NCBI RefSeq assembly: GCF_030144855.1
Contig: NC_082717.1
Span: 19,096,001 to 19,160,000 of the forward strand
Origin: Hypanus sabinus
Lineage: Eukaryota
DNA length: 64,000 bases
Direction of reading: 5' to 3'
A program made the position numbers and the translations under genes. Positions within the stretch are counted from its first letter, which is position 1. Each line of letters starts with the position of its first letter. Shown here piece by piece: positions 49,691 through 63,088 of the stretch. The notes beneath the pieces were generated by a model that worked only from the letters and a program-made list of their open reading frames with translations, did no database searches and was not told the DNA's origin.

Positions 49691-51064
49691 TCAAGTGTTT
49701 TCCACCATTCTATTATGTCTTATCCCAGATGTGCCATCTAGTTCTGGATACCCCCATGATAGGAAACATTCTCTCCACATCCACCCTATTCAGTCCTTTC
49801 AACTTTTGGTAGGTTTCAATGAGATCCCTCTGCATTCTTCTAAATTCCAGTGAGTACAGGCCCAAAGCTCACCACATGTTAACCCCTTAATTCCCAGAAT
49901 CATCTTCGTGAACCTCCTCTGGATGCTCTTCCAATAACAACACATCCTTTCTGAGATATGGGGCCTAAAACTGTTGCCAACACTCTTAAGTGTGGCCTGA
50001 CTAGTGGCTTATAAAAGCTGAGCGTTATCTTCTATTGCTCTTAAAATAAATGCCAGCATTGCATTTGCCTTCTTTACCACAGACTCAACCTGTAAATTAA
50101 CCTTCTGGGCATCTTGCATGAGGACTCCTAAGTCCCTCTGCACCTCTGATGTTTGAACTTTCTCCCTATTTAGATAAGTCCACAAGAATATAAATATCTT
50201 CATTTAACTATTGCATAATTATTGGAGATTTTGGAAAGTAAAAATGTTTATATAACTCTAGTTAGACCAGGCTTGGAGTATTGTAACCAGTTCTAGTTGC
50301 CCATTATAGGAGAGATATGGCTGCTTCAGAGAGGGCGCTAGAGAGGCACTGGATAAGTGGGCATTTGCTAACAGGAGAGATTGGACAAACTTGGATGGTT
50401 TTCATTGAATTGGCAGCGGCTGATCATGAGAGGCAAAGATAGGCTGGTATCTTTCTCTCAGAGCATGCATTCAGAATTCAAAGATTTGTGGGGCAATTTT
50501 CTTTCCATAGACTGGTGGTTTCCTGGGAACATACTGCTAGGGGTGGTAGTGGGTTTTGGTTCCCTATCAGATTTCTGAATGGGCACAAACCCATGAACAA
50601 TACTTCATTATTAATTTTTTGCACAATTCATTTATTTTTATAATTTATAGATTTTTATGTCTTTGAACTGCATTTCTGCTGCAAAACAACATATCTCAAG
50701 TAGGATGTCTGATAATAAATATGATCCTGATTCTGATTTTGGATGTTCTATGTTCTTTTTTTTCTTTTGTGTGACTGGGAAGGATGATGAAAATGGGAGG
50801 TTCTGAGAGAAAACCATTTGAAATATATTTTCCAAAAATCATTGCCTCCAGTAACAAGTCCAGTACTGTGGAGCAATTTGAATTGATCTCTCTGGGTTAT
50901 AAAAGTGCAGGAAAAGCTTCAAATATGTTGCAAACAAGTATGAGGAATTGACAACAATGGATTAGGTGTCAACAGAAATACTCAAGGTTTAACCTGTTAC
51001 TTTTGTCTACTGCAGTGTTTAGAAAACTTTTGTTGTTTCTCATGGATTCTTTGTTCTAAAGTCT

Positions 51065-51420
51065 AAGAATCAGAACCAGGTTTATTATCACCGGCATGTA
51101 ACGTGAAATTTGATAACTTAGCAGCAGCAGTTCAATGCAATACATAATCTAGCAGAGAAGGAGAAAAATAAATAAAATAAAACATAATAAATAAACAAGT
51201 AAATCAACTACATATATTGAATAAGTTATTAAAAATGTGCAAAAACAGAAATACTGTATATTAAAAAAGTGTGGTAGTGTCCAAAGCTTCAAAGTCCATT
51301 TAGGAATCGGATGGCAGAGGGGAAGAAGCTGTTCCTGAATCGCTGAGTGTGTGCCTTCAGGCTTCTGTACCTCCTTCCTGATGGTAACGGTGAGAAAAGG
51401 GCATGCCCTGGGTGCTGGAG
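51065..51420 (-). mobile_element. Rex1/Babar LINE 3' end
   Basis: Inverted close relative of 26865-27285. Confidence 0.8.
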
Positions 51421-51684
51421 GGAACAGCAACAGCTACTTGAAGAATAATAGGCTTAAGGATAAACAAAACCTAAACAAAAATCCTTCTTAACAGATATTG
51501 TGGAAAAACTGTCAGATTATACAAAGTAGTCATAGTCATAATGTTATCCAACTTGGCTCTTCGAGCTGACTTGTACATGCTGACCAAGGTGCCTTCTTCA
51601 GCAAATCCCATTTGCCTGCATTTGGCTATGTACTTCCAAACCTTTCCTATCCACGAAACTATCCAAATGTTTTAAAATTGTAAG

Positions 51685-52008
51685 GCCTAGGTAGAGAGGA
51701 TATGAAGAGGATGTTTCCTATAGTGGAGAAAGTTGGGACCAGAAGGCACAGCTTCAGAATAGAAGGACATCCATTTAAAACAGAGATGAGGAGGAATTTC
51801 TTTAGCCAGAAAGTGGAGAATCTGTGGAATTCATTGCCACAGACAGCTGTGCAGGCCAAGTCACTGGGTACACTTAAGGCCGATGTTGATGGGTCAGAGC
51901 ATTAAAAGTTATGGAGAAAAGGCAAGAATGGGGTTGAGAGGGATAATAAATCACCCATGATGGAATTGCAGAGCAAATGCCTAATCCCGCTTCTATGTCT
52001 TATGTTCT
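51685..52008 (+). mobile_element. CR1 LINE 3' fragment
   Basis: ORF 51702..51905 MFPIV...TRRHSFRIEGHPFKTEMRRNFFSQKVENLWNSLPQ. Confidence 0.85.
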
Positions 52009-52638
52009 AAACATTGCATTTGCACCTGCCTCTACAACTTTCTCAACATAGAGTTGTAATGCACAAAAACAAGCCTATTGGCCCACCATTCTATGGTGTA
52101 AATTGTACCTGCCTACAGTAATCCATTCCCCCCCCACCCATTATATCCATAGCCACCTAAGCCTTGGCATTACAGGTACTTGCCAAGATGCTTCTTAATT
52201 GTTATGAGAGGATCAATCCCCACCACATCTCATCCCAGACTCCAACTACCTTCTGTGTGTAAATGTTCTCCCACAGGTCCCTTCTAAACTTCCTAGCTCT
52301 CACCTTGAACCTGTGTCCTCTTTGATACCCTACAAGGGGATATTTTTAACTACGTATCCCCACCCTGATGTTTTATTCCCATGTCACGTTATTAAGCTCA
52401 GCCACTCTGGCGAGACCAAAGTCAGTCCATCTGGAAGGAGATAGAGAGCTTAGGAACATGATATGATGAAGACATACTTCCATTAAATGTCAGCAAAACA
52501 AGATAGCTGGACATTTACTCCTGTATGTGTAGGGGTTGGGTGTGTTGCACATGCTCTCATCTCCTTCAGTGCTGTTGAGTTTGAGAGGGTTGAGACCTTC
52601 AAGTTCTCCAGAGTGGACATTAATAGCCTGTCCTGTAC

Positions 52639-52944
52639 CATGATTTCCCAACACGCAATCCTATACCACGATTTCCCAACACGCAATCCTATACCACGAT
52701 TTCCCAACACGCAATCCTATACCACGATTTCCCAACACGCAATCCTATACCACGATTTCCCAACACGCAATCCTATACCACGATTTCCCAACACGCAATC
52801 CTATACCACGATTTCCCAACACACAATCCTATACCACGATTTCCCAACACGCAATCCTATACCATGATTTCCCAACACGCAATCCTATACAATGATTTTC
52901 CAGCACAATTCTATACAATGATTTCCCAAAACATAATTTTATGC
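52639..52944. repeat. 28-bp minisatellite, about 11 copies (9 near-perfect)
   Basis: Unit CACGATTTCCCAACACGCAATCCTATAC, head-to-tail with no spacers; the last two units are degenerate. Confidence 0.97.
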
Positions 52945-55591
52945 AAGTAGCCCATTTGTCTTCTTCACATCTTCCACCTATGCTGCCCCTTTTAAGGATC
53001 TGTGGACGTGTTGCCCAATGACCTCCTGTTCATCAATACTTCCTAGGATACTACCAGTTATTCTGTATGCACTACCCCTACTTGCTTTCCCAAAAGCTAT
53101 CATCATCTCCTATGTCAGGATTAAGTTTCATTTTTGATCGCTCCACCAAAACCTTCCATCTGATATCAAAGCTCAAAGTAAATTTGTTATCAACATACTT
53201 GTGCATATGTCACCAAATACAACCGTGAAATTGATCTTCTTACAGACATACTCAATAAATCCATAGAATGATTATAGAATAACAGAATCAATGGAAAACA
53301 CACCAACTTGGGCATTCAACAAGTGTGCAAAGACAACAAACTGTGAAGGCTTAGGAGAATGAGGGGAGATTTGATAGAGGTACTGTATGAAGAATTATGA
53401 GGTGTACAGATACGATAAATTCAAGCTGGGTTTCTTCACTGTGTTTGTGTGAGACTAAGACTAGAGGTCATAGGTTAATGAACAAAGGTGAAATATTTAA
53501 GGGGAACATGATGGGGATCTTCTTCACTCAGAGAGTCGTGAGAGTATGGAATGAGCTGCCAGTGCAAGTGATCGATCTCAACATTTAAGAGAAATTTGGT
53601 AGGTACGTGGATGGGAGGGGTATGGAGGGCTATGGCTGAGGTGCAGGTCATTGGGACTGAGCAGAGCAATGGTTTGGCATGGACTAAATGGGCCGAAGAA
53701 CCTGTTTCTGCACTACAGTGCTCTCTGACTCTGATCATCAGTGTGATGATCATCAGTGCTCGTTATCTCATTGTCAAAGTCCTTTACTTTATGCCTTCTA
53801 TACCTTATCATCCAGCATAGCAATGTGTTTTACCCCTGCTCTAATGGCCATTCAGTGGCTCCAATTGACAAATTGCTGCTCTTCTATGACCCTGCCAATG
53901 GAAATTATGAGGTGGGTAGAAGCAGAGGAGAAAGTGCTATCACTAGCACCATTGGCACTTTGAAACACTCCTCAATGTGTTAGCATCCTGCGGCCATAAC
54001 CTATTTCTGTGGGTACTGACTTCGCAAACCTATCACCAACCATCCATTCAGCACTGCAGGTGGATGATAAGACTATCTCCCTGGTGAAGGATTGGAGAAT
54101 TAAGAAGAATAATCTGCAGGTAAAGAGCTTTAAGTGCTTTTATAACATCCCACAATTATGGGAATACCTTTCCACAGGTTATCAATTATCGTCTGACTTC
54201 TGATGTGAGGATTTTCAAACATACTTAAAACCTGAACACTCACAAACGACCAATGTCCTAGTTTTTGGCCTGGCAGTTATTTCAGGCAGACTATACTGCA
54301 AGATAAATATGCTACACCAGCATAAAGCAACTCAGGGAGACACTTCTGACAGCAATGGACTTGGGCTTTCATGATGAAGAGGGGCCAGGGGAATATTTCA
54401 CTAACTGGCAATGGGAATTGTCAGACCTAGTAGATCTGCAGTTTAAGAAAGGAATAAATGTTCCTGAAAATTGTTTGAATAAGCAGAAAAAAAAAACCTC
54501 CAAACATCAACTTAGTGGAAAATGGATGAGATTCCAGCACAAGAAAGGAAAGATTCAGCGTTTTAAAAGAAATACTTTAAGAACCGGTTGGTATTTTTAA
54601 TGCAAAATTATTACCTTGTTCAGAAGTTATGAGAAAGTTAGTTATGAGAAAAATCAAAAAAGAAGACTAACCTGACTCAGGCTAAGTGGGACTTTCTTAG
54701 ATGGGATTCTGGTCCATTACAGGTAAAGCCCTTCCAAACACTGGGCACATCTAAACAAAGCATTGTCACAGGAAAGCAACATCAATCATCAGAGACTCTG
54801 ATCACCCAGATCATGCTCTCTTCTTGCTGCTGCCATCAAGAAGATGATCCAAGAGCTTCAGGACTCACATCACTGGGTTCAGGAGCAGATATTACCCTTC
54901 GACCATCAGGCTCTTGAATGTCTTCACTCAGATTCACTTGCACCATTACTGAAATGTTCCTGCAACCTATGGACTCACTTGCAAGGATTCTTCATTTAAT
55001 GTTCTCAATATTTATTGTTTATTTACTTCTTCTCCTCCTCCTCCTCCTCCTCCTCGTCCTCTCTCTCCCTTTTGTACTTGCCCAGTTTGTTGTCTCCTGC
55101 ACTCTGGTTGAATGCCCTAGTTAGGCAGTCTTTCATTGATTCTGTTACAGTTATTATTCGATGATGGAGTTATTGAGTACACCTGCAAGAAAATGAATCT
55201 GAATGTTGTATATGGTAACATTTATGTACTTCCATATTAAATTTACTTTGAACTTTGTTTGCTTTATACCAGTTGAGACAATGGGACTGCTTCCATGCTG
55301 TATGATTCCATGATTCTATGACTCTATGATATTTGAATGGCAAGGCCAGCACAAACACTTTACAGTGCTAACTATCGCTAATCGGGGTTCGATTCCTGCC
55401 GCTCTCTGTAAGAAGTCTGTACCTTTTCCCTGTGACTGCTTGTGTATCCTCCAGATTCCTTCCCCATTCCGAAAATCTACAGGTGAGTTTGGGCATGCTA
55501 TGTGGGTGCTGGAAGGATGGTGACACTTACGGGCTATCCCCAGAACCTTGTCAACAATGGTGTAAATAACATATTTACTTAATGTTTCAAA

Positions 55592-56375
55592 GGGTCGAAG
55601 GTTCATTTTATTATCAATGTATGCAGAAAACAACTCTATCTGTCTTCTCCAGGTAGCCATAAGATACAGACAACCATAGAAGCAGTTGAAAGAAAAGTAT
55701 CAATCCCTCTCTCCGCAAAAGAAGAAAAGAAACAAAAACTTGCAAATGGCAAACCATCCAACCCCTCCCTCACACAAAAGCTAACAGATCGCTCACATGG
55801 AGCAACAGCAAGAACATCAAACCCCAAACCCCCAGCAAGAAAGAATGGGTGAAAACATAAAATAAAACCTGGAACTGAAAGAGGCCAATATGAACTACAG
55901 TTAGTTTGAAATTATAGTCCAGTCTGTTAATCTCAGAATTCCGATAGCACCTCTGAGAGCATCAGCTCCCAGCAGCCCCTCCGAGTGCAGCAATTCGAGC
56001 CAGTAGCCCTGGCAAGGGAAATGACTCGAAACTAGCTGCCTCTCCAAGAACCATCTGTTGTCCTCCACATTTCCCTCAAAATTTCAATCTCCTTTGACGC
56101 TTTAATCAACAAGAAATGTAGTAGATCATGGCCCCTCGTCTCAACTCTGAGCTTCTCCTTGTGCTCGCATTTCTGTCCTGGAGTTTTCTCAAGGACAGCA
56201 GAGTGCTAGCTCACTCGATCGAACTGCAGACTATAAGTCATGGGCTCCAACAGTTTCAAAAACAAAATTAAGATAAAAAGAATAAGTAGAGGACTTAGAA
56301 CAACTAAAATGATTGACTATCTGGAAGATGTCATCTGAGGAATTGTTGTTTGCCTGCGCTATCTTGACCAGAAGA
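55592..56375 (-). mobile_element. Non-autonomous ~780-bp retroelement with LINE-like tail, inserted in a V-SINE
   Basis: Minus strand starts ...caagatagcgc and ends tacattgataataaaatgaacc. SINE sequence aatgtttcaa recurs as gatgtttcaa at the other junction. Confidence 0.5.
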
Positions 56376-56461
56376 TGTTTCAATATACATGTGATAAATA
56401 AAATGAATCTAATCTAATCTGAATCTATTAACCTACAATTATGAATAGTCAGTCAAGGATG

Positions 56462-57322
56462 TTGTGGTGAAGCTAAGATGGTGCCAGAAGGCGACGTCTT
56501 TAAGCTCATCCGGAAGAAAGCTTAACTTCCTCTCTTCAATGTCTCTTTTGCCCTTTTCAAGGTCGTTTGGGTTCTGTCAATCTGTGATCTACAGCTGCAC
56601 TCAAAATGTAGTTCTTTACAGTGGTGAGAGCTGCTCCCAGAGCTCACTGACTGGCCATTTTCAACATCTCCAGGAACAGCCTGAATGATATGTGCCTTCA
56701 GGATGCAGCTCTGCAGGCCTGTGGATGATTCGATTCCATGCCAGTGTTGCTGACTGAGGCTTCGCGAGAGAACAGGACATCGTGACAGTGGGAATGACTG
56801 TCAGAGGGCCCCGTATTCAGCTGATCATGCTCTTTCTCTGTCTCTCTCAACGGTGGTAGAGGGCTTGTTGCCGATCTTCAGGCTGGAGAAACTCAGAATA
56901 AAGGCAATGCTGCATACAGTAACTTTATAACAGTGAGCTGTTTGCTGGTCTCCTCTCTCGCTGTGGAACGGGGCAACACCTCTCTGCCTCGCTAGTGAGA
57001 GAGAGAAAGCCCACGGAGTGCCAAATTGTCAGGTGAACAAAAGTTTTTGTTGGACTGCAGATCATGGTCTTTATTTGGGGCTTTGCTGTTGCTTGTTTGG
57101 CTGATGGTGGGCACTATTGCTTCAAGTGGGGGAAGAGGGAGAAGAATGGTTGATCCTTTTCTGCAGCCTGTGAGTCAGAGGGGGAGGTGGCTTTGGGGTT
57201 CTAATGTTTTTCTGTCATTCATTATTTGGGTTTCTTTTTCTGTCTCGAGGATGTCTGCAAAGAGTAAGAGTTTCAGGTTGTGTACTGTATACATTCTCTG
57301 ATATTAAATTGGACCATTTAAT
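56462..57322 (+). mobile_element. Non-autonomous ~860-bp retroelement related to 10614-11399
   Basis: 5' aagatggtgcc...; collinear similarity with the reverse complement of 11200-11399; tail tgtatacattctctgatattaaa. Confidence 0.6.
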
Positions 57323-60300
57323 ATCACATAAGATTTTGGAAGATGTTCAACAAAGCAACACGTAATAGGCTTGTTGAGAAGATGGAAGGTCAGAGGCAAT
57401 GGATTTAAGTAAACATTACATCATGGATACTGAACTGGTTTAGCGACAGGAAATAGAGGATGATGACACACTGGGGGCTTCCAATGCACTGATTGGTGTG
57501 AAGCACTGAATGCATAACTCATTTCAGCTCTGGTAAAGAAGTAATACTCAGGTATAAAGGAGCAGTATCATAAACTCAACCGACACAAGACATCACGAAG
57601 TGCTAGCTAGTAATGAGGCAGTATTGGCTTCAGAATGCCGCAGTCAAGACGATGAGACCGGACTGATACATAATGGATAGAGGTCAAGCTGAAACATCAA
57701 TTTCTTTAATTTCCAGTATTTTCCCCCTCCCCTTCCTCTTCTTCCATTCTGGCTCCCCTCATACCTCTTCTCTTCTCCTCCCCTGGTCATCGTTCTTCAC
57801 TTTCTCCTGTTGTCCACTGTCTATCAGATTCTGCCTTCTTCAGCCCTTTAACTTATCCACTTTTCAACTTCCAGCTACTCTCTTTATGACCATAAATTAT
57901 AGGAACAGAAGTAGGCCATTTGGCCCATCGAGTCTGCCCCGCCATTCAATCAGGGCTGATCCAATTCTTCCATTCATCCCCACTCCCCTGCCTTCTCCGC
58001 ATAGCCTTTGATGCCCTGGCTAATCAAGAACCTATCTATCTCTGCCTTAAATGCATCCAATGAATTGGCCTCAGTCACTCTTGGCAGCAAATTCCACAGA
58101 TCTACCACCCTCTGACTAAAGTAATTTCTCTGCATCTCTGTTTTAAATGGAGGTCTTTCAATCCTGAAGTCATGTCCTCTTGTCCTAGAGTTCCCTACCA
58201 TGAGAATTAACTTTGCTATATCTAATCTGTTCAGGCCTTTTAACATACAGAATGTTTTGATGAGATTCCCCCCCCTCATTCTCCTGAACTCTGGAGAATA
58301 CAGCCCAAGAGCTACCAGGCATTCCTCATATGGTAACCCTTTCATTCAAGGAATCATTCTCATGAATCTCCTCTAAACCCTCTCCAATGTCAGTATATCC
58401 TTTCTAAAATAAGGAGCCCAAAACTGCACACAATACTCCAAGTGTGGTCTCATGAGTGCCTTATAGAGCCTCAAATATCACATCCCTGTTCTTATATTCT
58501 ATACCTCTAGAAACGAATGCCAACATTGTATTTGCCTTCTCTGCATTTTGAATTCTCTCCCCATCTAAGTAATAGATTGCCCATTTATTTCTTCCACCAA
58601 AATGCACTTTCCAACATTGTATTTCATTTGCCACTTCTTTGCCCGTTCATCTAAACTATCTAAGTCTCTCTGCAGGCTCTCTGTTTCCTCAACACTACCC
58701 GCTCCTCTATCTATCTTTGTATCATCAGCAAATTTAGCCACAAATCCGTCAAACCCACAGTCCAAATTACTGACGTACATTGTAAAAAGCAGCGGTCCCA
58801 ACACCGACCCCTGTGGAACTCCGCTGGTAACCAGCAGCCAGCCAGAATAGGATTCCTTTATTCCCACTCTGTTGTCTGCTGATCAGCCAATGCTCCATCC
58901 ATGTTCGTAACTTCCCTGTAATTCCACGGGCTGCAATCTTGTTAAGCAGCCTCATGTGTGGCACCCTGTCAAAGGCCTTCTGAAAATCCAAGTGTACAAC
59001 ATCTAATGCATCTCCTTTGTCTACTCTACTTGTAATTTCCTCAAAAAATTGTAGTAGGTTAGTCAGGCAGGATTTTCCTTTCAGGAAACCATGCTGGCTT
59101 TGGCCTATCTTGTCATGTGTCTCTAGATATTCCATAATCTTATCCCTAACAATCGATTCCAACAACTTTCCAACCATTGATGTCAGGCTAACAGGTCTAT
59201 AGTTTCCTTTCTGCTGCCTCCCACCCTTCTTAAATAGCAGAGTAACATTTGCAATTTTTAAGTCATCCAGTACAATGCCGGAATCTATTGATTCTTGACA
59301 AGATCATTGTTAATGCCTCTGCAATCTCTCCAGCTACTTCCTTCAGAACCTGAGGGTGCATTCCATCAGGTTCAGGAGATTTATCCACCCTCAGGCCATA
59401 CTTCACTTCCCTGAGACTCTTGAATGTCAGTATACTGCAGATGTCTTCCACTGTGAAGACTGATGATGCAAAATATGCATTCAGTTCCTCTGCCAGTTTG
59501 GTGTGTCTCATCACAATATCTCCAGCATCATTAAAGGGTCCTATATCTACCCTTAACCCTCTTTTACCCTTTTTATGCCTAAAAAAAGCTTTTAATATCT
59601 TTGATATTAGTCACCAGCTTCCTTTCATAATTCTTCTTTTCCTTCTTAATGGCCTTCTTAGTTTCCTTCTGCAAATGTCAAAAGCTTCCCAATCCTCTAT
59701 CTTCCCACTAGCTTTGGCTTCCTTGTATGCCCTCTCTTTTGCTTTTACTTTGGTTCTGACTTCACTTGTCAGCCACGGTAGTGTCCTTCTTCCATTCGAA
59801 AATTTCTTCTTATTTGGATTATATCTGTCTTGCACTTACCTCATTTTTGGCAGAAACTGCAGCAATTGCTGCTCTGCTGTCCTTCCTGCTAGTCTCCCTT
59901 TCCAATCAACCTTGGCCAGTTCCCCTCTCATGCCATTGTAATTTCCTTTATTCCACTGAAATACTGACACATTAGAATTTATTTTCTCCTTCTCAGATTC
60001 CAAAGTGAACTTGATCATATTGTGATCATTGTTCCCTAAGGTTTCTTTAACCTTAAATTCTCTTATCATCTCCAGATTATTGCATAACACCCAGTCCAGC
60101 ACAACCGATCCCCTAGTGGGCTCAACAACAAGCTGTTCTAAAAAGCCATCCCTTAGACATTTTACAAATTCCCTCTCTTGAGGTCCAGTACTGGCCTGGT
60201 TTTCCCAATCCACTTTCATGTGAAAATCCTCAACGATTATCATGACATTGCCATTCTGACACACCTTTTCTATCTCCTTCTGTAATTTGTAATCCACATC

Positions 60301-60853
60301 CTGGCTGCTGTTTGGAGGCCTGTATACAACTGTTATTAGGGTCCTGTTACCCTTGCCATTTCTTAAATCAACCCATAGAGACTCTATACCTTCCGATCCT
60401 ATGTCATCCCTTTCTAATGATTTAATATCATTTTTTATACACAGGGCCACACGACCCCCTCTGCCTACTAAGCCATACACCGTATACCCTTGGACATTCA
60501 ACTCCCAATGGTATCCATCCTTTAGCCAAGTTTCTGAGATGGCATTAGTGTCATACTTGCCAACCTGTAGCTGAATTTCAAGATCGTCCATTTTGTTTCT
60601 TATGTTGCATGCATTCAAATACAACACTTTCAGTCCAGTATTTGTTGCTTTCTAACTGCACCATGCCTCTATTGCCCTGTAACTCATCCCACTGGCTGTG
60701 ATTATGCCTCATCGCCGGCGTGTCCTTTCTATCATCTCTGTTGCACGCTGTCTTTGATTTATTGCTGTTTTCCCCTTCCTCAGCCCTATCACTCCGGTTC
60801 CCATCTCCCTGCCAAATTAGTTTAAACCCTCCCTAACAACTCTATTAAGCCTA

Positions 60854-60946
60854 TGAACATAACGCTGGAAGAACTCAGCAGGTCAGGCAGCATCCGTGAG
60901 AAAAGAGTAACCAACGTTTCGGGCTGAGACCCTTCATCAGGAAGGG
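60854..60946 (-). mobile_element. 93-bp hammerhead-bearing Penelope-derived mini-insertion
   Basis: Perfect 11-bp TSD TATTAAGCCTA (60843-60853, 60947-60957) inside CR1 ORF1. Confidence 0.85.
60911..60942 (-). ncRNA. Minimal type I hammerhead ribozyme motif (core intact, weak stem I)
   Basis: uc-CUGAUGA-A-GGGU-CUCA-GCCC-GAAA-CG-UU^-gg: all conserved core residues, 4-bp stem II, palindromic ACGU in place of stem III. Confidence 0.65.
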
Positions 60947-60971
60947 TATTAAGCCTACCTGCTAGGATATC

Positions 60972-61118
60972 CACCCCTCCACCACCCACCTGGCTTGTGC
61001 TTCTTCCCCTTCCTTTCCAGTTCTGATAAAAGTTTCATGGCCCAAATGTCAACTACTTATTCCTCCCCATTGATGCTGTCTGACCTGCTGAGTTCCTCCA
61101 GAATTCTGTGTGCATTCA
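60972..61118 (+). repeat. Penelope-derived terminal module, decayed hammerhead
   Basis: agttctgataaaagtttcatggcccaaatgtcaact...gatgctgtctgacctgctgagttcctcc. Confidence 0.65.
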
Positions 61119-62028
61119 TCGACAATTTCAGCCTCTGTAGAACCTCCTGTGTAAATGATGGGCATACTAGGCAGGTCAGGTACCATCTCTGGAAAGTGTT
61201 AAGATTTGCTTTATTTGTCATCTGTACGTTGAACCATACAGTGCCGATGACTAGCACAGTCCAAGGAGGTGCTGGGGGCAGCTTGCAAGTGTTACCACAG
61301 TTCTGGCACCATCACAGCATGCTCACAAGTTACTAACTTTAACCCATACACCTCAGGCATGTGTGAAGAAACTGGAGCACCTGGAGGAAATCCTGAATTC
61401 TGGGTATTGCCAACGTGCTCTGCTTTTAAAACAAAGCACTCCTTGACAGCTGCCCAGAACAACTCTTGAGACAATCACTATGGAAAGCCACCCTAAAGAC
61501 TACTTAAAAGGAAAAGGCATCAATATGAAATGAGCCAACAGGCATTGTTCAGAGATTAAGTTATGGAGTCACTATAGAGAAGGGGGAAAATGTGGGCTGT
61601 ATTGTCCTATTCAAATTGTCATTCATTTCCTGAAGTTGCTTGATTTATTCAATTGATTTAAGCTGGAATTCAGTACAGGGCTTATGTTTGAATGCTAGTT
61701 GAAATACACACACTTTGAAATTTACTCAAGGATAAATATTATTCTCACTATTTCTTGTTTGAGAAGGAAACTTGTCCATAGCTCATTATTAATATCCAGT
61801 GACCTCTACTGGAACTGCAAATCCTAACCCTTTAATCATTTTTGCCACTAGCAGTAATTTCAGCTGCATTGGTGCAAAACACTTGGAAATCTCTCCATGA
61901 ATCTCTAATTTAATCTCTTTTTCCCTGTTAAGATTTCCCCTTTGGCCAAGTTCCAGTTCGGCTGCCTATGTATCTCCTTATGTGGCTTCTGGTCAGATTC
62001 TGTAGGACACCTCTGTGCATAATACAGG

Positions 62029-62093
62029 TCAGTCCTGATGAAGGCTCTCAGCCCAAAATGTCGACTCTTTATTCCTCTCCGTAGATACCGCCT
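62029..62093 (+). repeat. Hammerhead module with intact stem I and CpG-decayed core
   Basis: AGTC-CTGATGA-AGGCTCTCAGCCC-AAAA-TGTC-GACT (62031-62066); CGAAACG has decayed to CAAAATG. Confidence 0.7.
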
Positions 62094-62339
62094 CAAACTC
62101 TGATCTCAAACCTCCACTGCTTTGCGGCTTTACCCACTCATGGCGAAGGCTTCCAGACTAAACCCCAAGAGCTGGGGTCCCGAAGGCAGTCCTACGTTGA
62201 GTTCAACTTTGACTGGCAACCCCTACAAGGCTGCTGGTGCCAAATTGAATTGATCTCTGCTGTTCCTTTGGGTCCATTGAATGTATGGAGAGGGGAAGTT
62301 TGCTACATGGTCAACAATTTGCTCTCCGTATTGTACTGC

Positions 62340-63088
62340 CCTGGCTTGGATAGCATTAATGGTAAGAGTCTTGGCAGTGTGGAGGATCAGAGGGATCTTG
62401 AGGTCCAAGTCCATAGGACACTCAAAGGTGCCACACAGATTGACTCTCTGGTGAAGAAGGCATACAGTGCATTGGCCTTCATCAATCGTGGGATTGAGTT
62501 TTAAGAGCCGTGAGGTAATGTTGCAGCCATATAAGACCCTGGTCAGACCCCACTTGGAGTACTGTGCTCAGTTCTGGTCACCTCACTACAGGATGGATGT
62601 GGAAACCATAGAAACGGGGCAGAGGAGATTTACAAGGATGTTGCCTGATTTGGGGAGCATGCCTTATGAGAATATGTTGAGTGAACTCAGCCTTTTCTCC
62701 TTGGAGCAACGGAGGACGAGAGGTGACCTGATAGAGGTATACAAGATGATGAGAGGCATTGATTGTGTGGATAGTCACAGGCTTTTTCAGAGGGCTGAAA
62801 TGGTTGCCACAAGAGAACACAGGTTTAAGGTGCTGGGTAGTAGGTACAGAGGAGATGTCAGGGGTAAGTTTTTTACTCAGAGTGGTGAGTGCGTGGAATA
62901 GGCTGCCAGCAACAGTGGTGGAGGCGGATACAATAGAGTATTTTAATAAACTCCTGGATAGGTACATGAAGCTTAGAAAAGTAGAGGGCTATGGGTAAAT
63001 CTGGGTAGTTCTAAGGTAAGGACATTTTCAACACAGATTTGTGGGCCAAAGGGCCTGTATTGTGCTGTAGGTTTTCTATGTTTCTATG
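62340..63088 (+). mobile_element. CR1 LINE 3' fragment
   Basis: ORFs 62250..62504 and 62467..62901 QRDLEVQVH...LVRPHLEYCAQFWSPHY...RGDLIEVYK; tail tttctatgtttctatg. Confidence 0.92.

Larger units (their letters stand above)
57890..60970 (-). mobile_element. CR1 LINE spanning ORF1 end, APE and RT, internally deleted and frameshifted
   Basis: ORF1 end ...VREGLN* (stop 60817-60819). APE ORF 59836..60627 (LYLNA..., ISETWL, VVYRPP, VLDWVL, GNNDH). RT pieces 58767..59177 and 58565..58867 (FADD). C-terminus 57974..58345. Confidence 0.95.

Noticed and set aside
52639-52944. CRISPR-like 28-bp repeats
   Set aside because: Units are head-to-tail with no unique spacers, there are no cas genes, and the context is eukaryotic. 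It is a minisatellite.
54060-54119. Possible 60-nt phase-0 exon (cag|VDDKTISLVKDWRIKKNNLQ|gtaaag)
   Set aside because: Weak polypyrimidine tract, no recognisable protein similarity and no partner exons; it needs RNA-seq to support.
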